The notes beneath the pieces are model-generated. The model saw only the letters and a list, made by a program, of their open reading frames with translations, ran no database searches and was not told the DNA's origin. From Azolla caroliniana (lineage: Eukaryota > Plantae > Polypodiophyta), in contig JBHGNT010000556.1 in NCBI GenBank assembly GCA_043228905.1, positions 1-20,836 on the forward strand: a stretch of DNA of 20,836 nucleotides. The letters are read 5' to 3'. Of this stretch, positions 9,644-20,836 are shown in pieces (the stretch's first letter is position 1; each line of letters starts with the position of its first letter). A program made the position numbers and the translations under genes.

Positions 9644-11902
9644 ATGGCGTCGTCGCAAGTGCATCAAGCATACTACATTGGTGTAGACGTGTGAGTGTGG
9701 CAGCAAACTCCCTTGGCCAACATATCGCCTAACCCTCGCTCGCGCAGGGGAACGGGTTCAGCTCGAGCGGCACTCCTCGATGCTCAAGGCTCCATTTTGG
9801 CCGAATCCACGCACAAGACGCAAACATGGAATACGAACGCCAAAAACAAGTACGATGCAAGGATCTTCGAGCAGAGCACGTCGGACATTTGGAGCATGAT
9901 ATGTCACTCAGTCAAGGACTGCTTGGCCTCATCGGGTGTCGATGCAGCAGATGTGCGGGGCATTGGATTCGATGCAACGTGCTCTCTTGCCGTCGTTGAT
10001 CGACAGGGCACTCCCGTCGAAGTCACGCCAGGATCCAATGGAACCATTTCCGAGAGCGTGCAGAGAAACGTCATCTTGTGGGCAGATCATCGGGCCGAGG
10101 AGGAGGCCAAGCTCATCAACGAGACGGGCAACATGGTCTTGGACTATGTAGGCGGCACAATGTCGGTGAGTAGTGAACAGAGACGGATCAGGAATGCACT
10201 TCGAACGAATGCTCACAGCGATCACCTCAACTTGCACGCTTTTCGCAGCTCGAGATGGAAATTCCCAAGATCCTCTGGCTCTCCAAGCATCTGCCCTCGG
10301 ACGTCTTTGCCAAAGCTCACTTCTACGATCTACCGGATTACCTCACCTATCGAGCCACTGGCTCGCAAGCGCGATCGAACTGCAGTCTCGTATGCAAGTG
10401 CTCATACGTGCCACCTGGTGTGGGTGGAAGTACCGAAGGTTGGCAGCGTGACTTTTTTACGCAGATCGGCTTGCAAGGCCTAGTCGATGAGAAGTGGGAG
10501 CGCCTAGGCGGGGTGCCAGGCAAAGGCGGCTTGGTACTGACAGCAGGTCAGCCTGTAGCCGGAGGACTCACGGAAAAAGCAGCAAAGGAAATGGGATTAA
10601 AAGCTGGCACTCCAGTCGGCTCTGAGCAGTCGGTATCAAGACAGAGTACTTGCATACGCAGGCTGGATCGGCACTGTACGCAGAGCGGTACGAATGCGAA
10701 CCAGAAAATGCACATTCACGCTCCACACTAGAGGATAGCAAGCATCGTCTGGCTGCTGTGGCAGGAACAGCACATGTCCACATTGTGCAAAGTCCGAGGG
10801 CGTCAATGTCAAGGTGTTTGGGACCGTACAAGCATCCGGTCTTCCCTGTGAGTTTGGCCTTGAGCATCGCGGAATGTAAGATGCAACGCTGAAATCAGCC
10901 CTCTACACTTGCAGGGAATGTGGATGAACGAGGGTGGCCAGAGCTCTACGGTCAGTGTAGCACGTATCTGTTGTGCCCCTAAAAGCTCGGAGTCTATGCT
11001 CTCTCCGTGAATGCAGCTTATCGACTACATTATCGACACTCATCCCGCCACAGCTGCTGTCCCGTGCGGACCTCGCCGCAAAGAAGAGTCAAGATCTTTT
11101 CTACTGAGCTTGATTCACCAGCTGATGCAGCTATCCAATCGTCAAATGTTCCTCATCCATCCTTCGTAACCAAGGATTTGAATCATTATATCCCGACTTG
11201 CACGGCAATCGTTCGCCCTTGGGCGGACAGCTCGATGCGCTGTCTCATCGATGGTCTGTCTCTCGACGTTACGAGGAAGATTTGGCGCAAAAGTATCATG
11301 CGACTTTAGAGGCCATCGCTCTGCAAACTCGCCATATTCTTGAGAGACTCAATGATGCGGGTCATGAGATTCGCGCATTCACATGTCGGGCGGGACACGT
11401 CAAGAATGCAATGTTCATGCAACTCATGGCGGATGTTTGCAACATACCGGTCTTGCTAACCTGCAAGCGCAGTGCGAGCGTCGTCATCGGAAGTGCAATG
11501 TTGGGACGCTTTGCGGCAGACATTGCCAGCCAAAGAGGGGAAGCCATTGGAAGAGCAAGATCAGCTGAACGCTCGGCTTTCGAGAATCGCGAAAGACTGT
11601 GGACGCTAATGGTGAGTATACTTGGAGAGCATGAAGATAGAGCTTAGCAGCGTGATCACTGAGCTAAGGTAAAAACTTCGACGTCAGGTGAAAATGGCCA
11701 AGCCTGGAACTTACGTCTATCCGTCAGGCCGATACGAAGTTGGGCGCGCTCTTTGATGCGAAGTACAAGGTGAGTAGCTTTCTTTGCTTATTCTCTCAAT
11801 GCAAGCCCTCATCAAGCCCATGCCGTACCGCAGATCTTCCACGAAGCCATCGAGACGCAGAGAAGATGGCGCAAGATGATCGCCGACGCTGTAGCTTCTT
11901 AA
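9644..11902 (+). CDS. FGGY-family pentulose/carbohydrate kinase (D-ribulokinase-like), multi-exon; 3' half has many small indels
   Basis: YYIGVDVGTGSARA (after intron 9691-9747), GIGFDATCSL, NVILWADHRA, SLEMEIPK (after intron 10166-10248), YDLPDYLT, RSNCSLVCK, AYAGWIGTV, GMWMNEGGQSSTG, HGNRSP, EAIALQTRHI, GSAMLGRFAA; C-terminus IFHEAIETQRRWRKMIADAVAS*. Confidence 0.92.
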
Positions 11903-12362
11903 TATATGCCAGCGTCAACGGACTTTGTTTGCTTCGCCTGTCACTTGACCAACTGAACACACGCATCTAAAAGAAACCGAAAGGCAAATCGTTACCAGAA
12001 AGACAGGAGCTGTGGAGAGCGTAAGGAATCTAATGTACAGGTCGATTCGGTGAGACGTGGCGAGAGCACAAGAGACAGGAGCAAACACATCTTGCAAAGG
12101 AACGGCGCGGAAGCCGCTGCGCGCGTTGAGGGAGCGGGTGACCAGGAAAGATGAGACCGAGGGTAAATACGATAAGCGACGGCGGATGTGTGAGTGCGTG
12201 GAGAAACCTTCTTGAGGATGAATCGAACTGAATTTGAAGTGGCCAAAGTGAGCATGAGATGAAGCAATGGCAGTGAGAAATGGGGTAACGACGATAAGGT
12301 TGCCTTGTATCGAAGTCGAGTGGGACGAAATGGTTGAAAATAAACGTGTGTTACAGCGCAAG

Positions 12363-15300
12363 CTACGAAATGATGGCCCATGGCTGTGCATCGCCTGCTG
12401 CAGTTCTTCGTCCCACCATCGTCTGCCTTGCGCTTCTGATTGGAACGAGCCTCACCGATAGAGGCCATGAAGAGATCGCGGGACTGGGCTCCCCATCGTC
12501 GCTGCTGTCGACGCCGCTTGGCGTTACGGACATTGGCCCCGCACCGCTAAGTAAGGCACCTTCTGTAAGATTAGGGAGCTCGTGGCTGATGAAACGCCAG
12601 ACGGCAGGCGTGAGCTAGCAACAAGCTCCGGCGTTTCGGCAGTTGCCTCATCGTTGCCCGTCAATACGCCAGCTTCTGGACACCAAGCAACGTAGCCAGC
12701 TCAGTCTGAGGGTCTTCGACATACGATGCATCGATGAAATCGAAAAAGTCAATGTCGACGGCTGCCTCGGCCTCTGCTTGGAGGCGTGCCTGCTCCTCGG
12801 CACTTTGGGCTGGCTCAGCGGCAGCGTTGATGACGTTAGAGCCCACAATCTCATCCTGGGCAAGCATGGCCAAGAGTCCTTCGAGGACCTTGCCGTCTGC
12901 AGCGTGCGACTGCGAGTCATCAGCACTGATACCCAATTCGCCAGCTCCTCCAGACCCCAGAGCCTCTTGCCAGCAGACTCCGCAAAGGCTGCTGGATCAC
13001 GCTTTTCCAGCTCTTGGTCGCGCTGACGACGCTCAGCAGCAGCAACTTCGGCCGCTTGCGCAGGATTGAGCAGCTGAGTGGCAGGAGATGGAGCAGTGCC
13101 TGCGTTGGCGGGCGAAGTTTGACTCTCGCCATTCTCCGCCTTGCGTTTCTCCTCCGCTTCCTTCTCAGCGATCTCACGCTTAACCTGATCCATAATGTCG
13201 CGGCTCGTCTGAGCCTTGCTCTTGCCAGAGTCATCCGTCGAAGCTTGCTTGCCCCTCTTCGGTTTCGGCTTGGGAGCAGCAGCTTCTTGCCGGCCTTAGT
13301 GGAACCCGGCGTTGTGCCGAGGCTGTCTTGGGCGAGTCAAGGATGGGACTGCTCTCAGTCGCCGGTTGTGCAGCGGTTTCTGCCTGCGCATTCGCTCCCT
13401 TGGTGCGCTTCGTCGGTGGAGGCTTGAGATCTTCCACTCGAAGGCCGCGCTTGATCCATGCATGGCCGCCAACGTATCGTCAGACGGCACGATGGGAGCC
13501 TGCGGCGGCTGGTTCGAGGACTGGGCCATCATCTGAGCCTGTGCGTGAGCCTGTTGCTGCTGCTGCTGCTGGAACTGCTGCTGCTTGAGTTGCTGAAGCT
13601 GTTGCTGCTGCAGTTGCTGGGCCGCTTGTTGTGCCTGTTGCTGAACTTGCGCTTGCTGTGCCTGCTGCACCTGCTGTGCTTGCTGTGCCCCACTGCTGAC
13701 TCGCGCGAAGCTTCTCTTGGTTGAGCTCGCGAATGAGGTGAGCGGTGAGCTCAGGATTAGAGCCTCGAACGAAGTTGATGCAGCGATGAATTTGCATTTT
13801 GAGCTTTTCCAGATCGGCCATTGAGAAGATACATTTGCGCTGCGGCACGAGTTCGAGCTGATCCTTGAACATGAAGGCCATGAGCTTCATCTCCTTACAC
13901 CAGCCATGTTATTCTGCATAGCCAGGAAGGCAGGCAAAAGTGCATTGAGCGTGTCCGTGATGGCGTGCATCTGCGTGATCTGGAAGAACACAGAATCCTT
14001 CTCTTGCTCAGACAGATCCTCTTGAAGTCGAGGCGAGCTGTGAATGGAGGGAAGAGGTGAGATGACATCCAGCGAGCAGTCGGAACATCATGTTCTACTC
14101 ACGCCTCTGCACGTCAATTCTTGGTCAATCACAGCCAGCTTGTTGCGAGCGTCCAGAAGCTGCTCCTTGGTGACGTTGATCCGTTTAGGCTCGCCTGGCT
14201 GACCTTCAGCTTGCTGTGCGTTGGGAGCCTGCGCAGGAGCCTGGGCAGCATTCTGGCCTAGCACAGAGGCGTGCTGAGCTTGCGCATCTGGTTGCAAGCC
14301 ATTCGGTGGGAAGCGCGCAGGCTGAGGCGGGCCCATACTGCCGGGCTGAGAAAAGTTCTGCGCAGGATACATCTGCCCAGGCTGCTGCACCTGCTGTTGC
14401 TGAGCTGGCAACACGCCAGGCGCGACCTGTCCACTCGGCTGGGCACCATAGGGAAACGCGCCTGGTTGCTGCCCAGGCTGCGTGGGAGCCTGGGCAGCCT
14501 GCTGCTGCTGCTGTAGCTGTTGCTGCTGTAGCCGTTGCTGCTGCTGACGCATCATCATAGCCTGACGTTCACGCAGCTGCGGAAGCTGACCGTTGCGAAC
14601 GATCGTTGCAAACTGCTCCTGCGTTAAGCCGAGCTGAGCAAGTTGCTGCGGTGCAAGAATTGGCGCCACGGCGCCCTGTACCTGTTGCTGGCCTTGCTGC
14701 TGCTGCTGAGCCTGCTGCTGTTGTTGCGATGGCTGAGGCTGCTGCGGCGTCTGACCAGCGGCAGCGGCGTTTTGAGCTTGCGCACGCTGTGCTTGCATTG
14801 CCCGCGTCCAGATCTCCTCAAAGGGCGCAAGCGAAACGCGGTAGGCCTCGGCAACGTGCTGCGCGTAGTTCGGACTCAAGTCCAGAGCTATTGCAACCTG
14901 ATGCCATCCGTTACGTTGCTTCACTGCTTCTCCGCCGCCCTGACCCTGCACAAGCGTGTATAAGCGGAACATGTCGAGCTGCCGTCCTGCAATGCTGGCC
15001 GATGCTGATTGAGGCTGTCCACGCTTCGTGTGCAGCTCGGTCAAGGCTCGCGTAAATTGACCTGCATTAAGCGTTGGTACGACGGGCGCTGACGGCCCGG
15101 CTTGCGCGCTGCCGATTTGCGGTGATGCGCTGGCAATGGGCGCAGCTGGCGTTGGCGGCGCAGCGCTAGACCTCGAGACTGGTCGCATCGTTGGCGAGGA
15201 AGCAAGCATCGGCTTGCCACTGGGCCCAGCTTGCGTTGCAGGTGCAGGTGGCCTGACTTGCTGCTGCTGCAGCTGTTGTTGTTGTTGCTGCTGTTTGTTG

Positions 15301-16568
15301 CTGTTGCTGTTGCTGCTGCTGCTGCTGCTGCTGAGCAGCTCGTGCTGCCATGATACGTTGCGCCATCTGCGCCTGCGCGACCTTGGTCTCGTTGAGTTGG
15401 CGTTGAAGTACTTCGCGCTCAGGAGCATGCACTACCGTGCGCAACTTAGCCTCCAGCTCTGCAACTCGGGCAGCCGAGGTGCGCATGAAGTTGAGTGCCT
15501 GCGGACTACCTGCCATCCGCAGGGCATTCGCCATTGCTGTTGCTGCTGCGGACTCATCTGCTGTTGCATAGGTTGACCAGCAGGCTGGCCTGATTGCTGC
15601 TGTTGAACTTGCGGCTGTTGTTGCATGACGGAAGACTGCGCTGTTTGCTGCTGGTGCATAGAGTAGTTTTGCATACCAGGTGCACGCTGGCCTGTTGCTG
15701 AGCTTGCTGCGCCTGCTGGAACGTGGTCGTACCTGCGCTTGCGATGGTACTTGCTGTTGACCGATCTGAGGCGATGCTTGCGTCTGACCCTGCTGAGTGG
15801 CTTGCTGTTGACGTTGCTGAGTAGCATGATGGTTTGCGTACGCCTGCGCCTGTTGTTGGAGCTGATGCTGCTTCTCTTGCGGCGAGAGAGCCGTCCACCT
15901 TGCAATGGCCGACTTGAGACCAACGATTTGAGCTTCGTTCAGCTGACCTTGACGCGCCTTCTGCAGGGCATTCTGCAGTGATTGGGGCAGCTGAGCCATG
16001 GCTTCAGCCGCAGCCGGTGGTCGTGGTCGCACAGCTTGCGCCCCTGGTGCGGCGGAGGGAGCGGCAACCCCTGGCTGCTGACCGACCTGTACGCCCTGAC
16101 GGTTCAGAGCAGCAGCTTGTGAAGCCGCCGCTGCGGCAGCTGCTCCCGACACGGTCGCGTTCTGGATGCCACCCACGAACGCGCCAACACCGCCCGACTG
16201 TCCCTGCTGTTGCTGTTGCTGTTGCTGAGCCGCTGCTTGTAGCTGTGCCTGCTGCTGCTGACGCTGGAATTGTGCCTGCGCGTTCATTTGTGCCTGCAAC
16301 TGTTGCTGTTGCTGCTGGGCGAGCTGTGGATTCTGGTTCGCCTGTTGTTGCTGTTGCTGATGCTGCTGCATTTGAAGCTGAGCAGCCATCATGCTTTGCT
16401 GCTGCGGATTGAACGTGTTGCCAGCTTGAGGTGCACCTGAGCCAGCGGCAGCATTACCCGCGCCAGCCCACTGCTGCGATAGGAACTGGCGCATCTGATC
16501 CGGCGTGAGACCTTGCGTGAAAGCATTGCTTTGTGCTACCTGTCCCTGGGCATTGGGATTGCCGTAGA

Positions 16569-16611
<43 letters not shown>

Positions 16612-16755
16612 TTGTTGTTGTTGTTGTTGTAGCGACTGTGCTGCCCGCTGAAGCATCTGTTGATGGTTGGGCTGCTGCTGTTGTTGTTGTTGCTGCTGCT
16701 GCTGCTGCTGTGGTTGCACAGGAAAGCCAAAATTGTTGGCGTTGGGGTTGAACAT
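12363..16755 (-). CDS. Large glutamine-rich nuclear protein with an ARID domain (~14808-15056) and a Med15/Gal11-like helical module (~13700-14170); many frameshifts as sequenced
   Basis: Chain of overlapping minus-strand Q-rich ORFs. ARID signature IAGRQLDMFRLYTLVQGQGGGEAVKQRNGWHQVA...AYRVSLAPFEE. Intron 14038-14102. Acidic tail reconstructed across frameshifts: DIDFFDFIDASY...TPELVASS...WWDEE...QPWAIIS*, with TAG at 12363-12365. Confidence 0.8.
16570..16629 (-). repeat. Coding trinucleotide microsatellite (CAA)7(CAG)13 encoding Q20
   Basis: The + strand reads (CTG)13(TTG)7. Similar tracts occur near 16672-16710 and 15258-15332. Confidence 0.9.
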
Positions 16756-17171
16756 TGCTGCAATGAACAGAGAGGTGAAGAGATTAAAGCGTAGCTGTCA
16801 AAGGCAATGCCTCTCTGTGACCAGGAGGGGTGCTTAAACCCTTCCGAGGCAGCCACACACGCTCTCTTCGTCTGCGTCTCTCACTTGCGCCCTGCGCTGC
16901 TCGAGCGGATGCTGCTGCTCCTCTCCGAGGACTGGATGTGCTGTGAGGTGTGAGTGACACTGCTCAGTGTGGCATGTGCGGACGTGCGGAGCGTGAGAGG
17001 ATGCGGATCGGTGGTGAGGAGGAAGGGGCGAATGAGTGACGCGGATGAAGAGTAGCGTCACGACCCGGCGGTTCTGCGGCCGCGTCTTGCTGGACGGCGG
17101 CGATGAGTGTAGGGCTGAGGGCAGGCTGTGGATCCACTGCAAACTATTGCAAGGCGCACTTCGTGTCGCGA

Positions 17172-17207
17172 CTGCTGCTGCTGCTGCTGCTGATGATGAT
17201 GATGATG
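17172..17207. repeat. Compound microsatellite (CTG)7(ATG)5 upstream of the ARID gene
   Basis: Read directly from the sequence. Confidence 0.9.
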
Positions 17208-19150
17208 AGATGGGGGATGGTGTTTGGAACGAGTCCCAGTGAGCGCTGCTCTTGGTCGATGGCCTGCAGAGCAGAACATTGCCCGTTTGAGGAGGCGGGC
17301 GGGCGGGCAGTCTGGCAGGGCGACTCGGCGCAGGAGGGCGCCCTCCTCAGCGAATTCAAGCCACGGCGCGCCGAGGACGCTGGAGCGCGGCACTTGGTCA
17401 GTCTCACCCGTCTCTACGCTCCGAGACAGCCATCGCAGGCTGTCACATTGGTCAGTCACAGCATCGCAGCTTTGCACCCCCTCATCTCCAGAATAAACGA
17501 CATTCTCCCAAGCAACACAATGTTGTTTGGCTCGCCATGGTGGGTCTCGTGCAACGGTAGTGCTGTGGTATCGAAGAGGGGCGAGCGGCTGGAACCTGTC
17601 AGATCTGCGTACTAGGCGTATGCGTTTCTCCCAAGCCATACGCCGATCACCAAGAGGTCTCGACCACTTGGCACCCGCTATGGATACCTTGTAGGGTCTC
17701 CACCGTCCGAGCTAACCCATCTTTCCTCGCACACTCACACAGGATGCATCTTCTTATTCAACGTTCGCCCCCCTCCAGAGAGACTATCGTCAGCCCACTA
17801 TCATGACTCTGCGGCTCAGCCCTACAGTGTACACTGCCCGTACCAACTACCAACGAAGGGCGCACAAGGAACCGCGAGGCTGCAGCTCCTAGCGCCTTTT
17901 TGAAGGCGCGACACGGTCACTGCGGCGTTTCCTCTCAGTGCGATACCTGCGCCAATGCTCCATGATATGAGACTTTGTTTGCTGGATTCATTCATAGTGA
18001 CACCCAGGGTCTCACTGGCTGAACGTGTAGAGGACGCGTACGTGCGGGATTGGATCTACAAAAGGAATTGTTCAGGCTAGATAGATTGCGGCAATGCCAG
18101 TGCGATGACCAGTTGAGCGGTGTCATAGAAAGCCTAAAAAGTCTCGTTCCTTTGCCAACGCCTCCTCCGCCGCCGCCGTCGGCGCCGCCCCTCCGCTGCC
18201 CCGCCCGTCCCACTCGTTACGCTCTTCTTCGATCTGTCTGATCGCGATGATCTGTAGACCTCGAGCGCGCTCGGGGCAGGCAAAGCTCATCCCTGAGTTC
18301 TCTCTGGGCGGTGATAGTCTCGCTTCTAACTTCTACTTTCATTTGCAGCCACCAATGTCTGTGAGCATGCTCACGCGGCCCGGCCGCTTCCTCACCCCAG
18401 TCCTCAATATTATTGGATCGGCGACGTGCATGGAAGCCGGCGCGCGGTAATCGCGCTTTGTGCAGGTGCAGAGTCGCTCTTCAGGCCAGGCCTAATGTAT
18501 CGGGAACTCCCTCACAAACAGTCGAGCTTGCAAGGGCACAAGTGGTCACACTATGAGTATGATGAAGGCTGTGCTCAATCAGAGCCGTCGAGGTCCATTT
18601 AAAGGGCCTCATGAAGTACTATACTTTTGCGGGTACATCGGACGACCATGACATCGAGAGTGGTCTCCTGGTGGCTGGCTGCATCGCCTGCAGAATGCGC
18701 GCTGCGTGCATCCCAAAAAAGCCACACAGGTTCGCGCCTCGCGTGCGCGCGTGAGCGCGTCTTCTTGCTTCAGTTGACTGTTCACTGGTCTTCGCTTTTT
18801 ACAACGCGACCGAGAGGCTCGGCTTGCTCCTTTTATCTTCAATTAAAGAGGACAACGTTAGACCTGCGAGCTCGGGACTGGTCTCCAACAAGAGGCTGCG
18901 ATCGTGGGTTAGGTGACCAGTCGTGTGCACAGGCAGAGACAAAGGACACACTTTTCACTCTTCCAGTCAGAGTCCTAGAACGCAGGCACGATGCATAGTG
19001 TCAAGGCCCTCATTCGGCAGTATGTACTTGCAAAAGTGAGTTGCGTTCATTTCGTAAGAGATGAATGTAGTAGGGATATCGTGACAATGGCAGGTCCATA
19101 TTGTACAAGCAGATGGAAATAGGAGCGGAGACACTGGTCAACTTCGCCCT

Positions 19151-20836
19151 CTATGGGTGATAGCGCCAGTTCTCCTTCCATGCAGCTTCTCCCGCGATGG
19201 CTGAAGGTTCACCACGAAGCTTACGCTGCTCAGCTTCCTCGTCGAGCTTGGCATTGGCACGAGACAAGCTGATCCAGAGTGCAGCCGCGGCACCTGCGCC
19301 AACGAGGAGGTATGCGATGATGATGATGTGGGAAGCATGGTAATCCTTGTTGGCCAAGGATCCGAGCGGAATTCTCATCAGCTGCGTCGCCACAATGGCA
19401 CCGATATCTCCGAGCGTGATTTGCAATGCAAGCGCAACAGCACGTTTGGTCTGTCCGGTGACGTTCCTGAGGGAATGGTTGCACGGGGATGTCAGCACTT
19501 GTCTGCTAAAGGCGACGCATGTAGCACTCACTCAGATGGCCAGGACAAGAGCAGGGCACAACCGGCATAGATGCCCATGACGCACAGGAAGATGGCCGTA
19601 TAACGTCCACCGACGGTTGGTGAGGTGAGCAAGACAATGTAGCCCAAGATGGCGAGGAAAGCGTTGCCAATGATGAATGGCGCACGCAAGCCACGGCGTT
19701 GTGACAACCAAGTACTTGTCAGTGTCCAAACGAAGGCTGCAGCGTACGGAGGCACGGTCAAGAGCTGAACCTCCCAGCTCTTGTATCCCATCAGCTGAAT
19801 GATGGCCGGCAGAAAAGTTGAGATTGTGTAAAGCGCCGCCGCGAATCCATGAAAGACCAAGCTGTAGCCATAGACGTGTCTGTTTATGAGGGGTCAGAAA
19901 AAAGGCGCGCAAGTCCTAAGGCCTGAGATTACTCACGGGTCCTTCAGAGCTGCACGTACGCCTGCCCACGAGAATTTTTCATCGTCCGTCGCATCAGAGT
20001 CAATCGACAGTCTCGTATGCACAACGGCCTTCTCGCGCTCAGTGAGGGTCTTGGTGTACTTTGGCCATGCTGCACAAGGACTTCAGTCAGCAGTGCTTCA
20101 ATTCGATGGCGGGTTGAGGAAGCTCACCAGGGATGAGCCAAAGTGCGGCAGCTCCTACGACCACAGTAAGGGCACCTTCGATTTGGAACAACCAACGCCA
20201 GCCAGCCTGACCGCCTTTGCCGTTGAGTCTGGTCAACGCATAGCCTAGAATACCTCCGAAGGCACCAGCCAGTGCAGCAGCCGAGAAGAAGCTATGGAAT
20301 AAAGTCAAAATCAGCGCAGGCCGGTGGATATCGTGAACCAAAAGGAGCTACCCACAAGGCAACGCGAGTGACTCTTTCTCGACGCGTGTAAAATTTTGAG
20401 AAAGCGTAGACGATTCCTTCAGAGAATTTGATCCGTCAGTCGAGATGCTTTGGTCAACCTGAGCCTTAGATGACTAACCTGGGAAGAGACCTGCCTCTGC
20501 TGCACCCAAAATAAACCTCACAGCGTACAGCTGGCCTTCTGTCTGCACAAATCCCATGGCGATCGATACTGCTCCCCATAGAACAGTCAAGAAGGAAAGC
20601 CACGCTGCTGGTGAACGGTCCGAGACCTTCTTAAGGATGAGGTTGGCAGGAACTTCGAAGGTAATGTAGGCTGTCGCGACGTTCGTCAGCGATCAGCCTG
20701 TAGTTGGAATACAGGCCACATCTAGGACTCACCGATGAAGAAGATTGAGATTTGAGTAGCGTAGTCCCTGAGATCGAGGTCCTTAATGATTCCCTTCGAT
20801 TTTTGCGTTTCCAATGTTGGAGCGATCCAGAAAGAG
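19151..20836 (-). CDS. MFS transporter, anion:cation symporter family (Dal5/Tna1-like); 5' end lies beyond the window; multi-exon
   Basis: LDRSNIGNAK, YITFEVPANLILKK, RFILGAAEAGLFPG, ALAGAFGGILGY, GWRWLFQIEG, QLLTVPPYA, NVTGQTKRA, C-terminal WRYHP*. One extra base near 20792-20794. Confidence 0.9.

Noticed and set aside
9644-11902. Calling the FGGY kinase a true pseudogene, or invoking programmed frameshifting
   Set aside because: The indels are clustered, often in homopolymers, and shared with the neighbouring gene; the 5' half is pristine. Sequencing error is more parsimonious.
13014-16751. Plus-strand poly-Leu/Ala/Cys ORFs
   Set aside because: Antisense shadows of the CAG/CAA repeats in the minus-strand Q-rich gene.
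12363-16755. Naming the ARID protein SWI1, RSC9 or a KDM5 demethylase
   Set aside because: The diagnostic ARM/BAF250-C, Rsc9 C-terminal and JmjC/PHD regions are not visible.
18558-18640. ATGATGA C-box-like motif suggesting a C/D snoRNA
   Set aside because: No downstream CTGA D box or terminal stem found at a suitable distance.
16834-18998. Short ORFs between the ARID gene and the MFS gene
   Set aside because: No motifs, mutually overlapping and partly microsatellite-derived.
1-20836. tRNA, rRNA, CRISPR array, transposon or telomeric repeats
   Set aside because: None recognised by eye: no long direct or inverted repeats and no transposase or reverse transcriptase motifs.

Overview
Eukaryotic, gene-dense fungal DNA. 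Basidiomycete origin, probably Ustilaginomycotina-like, is inferred from short 57-83 nt introns with GTGAGT/GTAAG donors and CTGAC/CTAAC branch sites. Left to right: an ELO-family fatty acid elongase with a QxxHH histidine box (+); a head-to-head carotenoid pair of crtYB (lycopene cyclase/phytoene synthase, -) and crtI (phytoene desaturase, +); an orphan coiled-coil gene (-); an FGGY pentulose kinase (+); a very long Q-rich protein with an ARID domain and a Med15/Gal11-like helical module (-); and the 3' part of an ACS-family MFS permease (-). Most notable: (i) the ARID + Med15-like architecture; (ii) crtYB carries a 5' frameshift and an apparent in-frame ~9-aa deletion just before its DDxxD motif, while crtI is intact; (iii) dense 1-nt indels across ~10.6-15.8 kb, with isolated ones at ~8.9 and ~20.8 kb, that look like long-read consensus errors rather than true pseudogenisation. 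All family calls come from motif recognition by eye; no searches were run.
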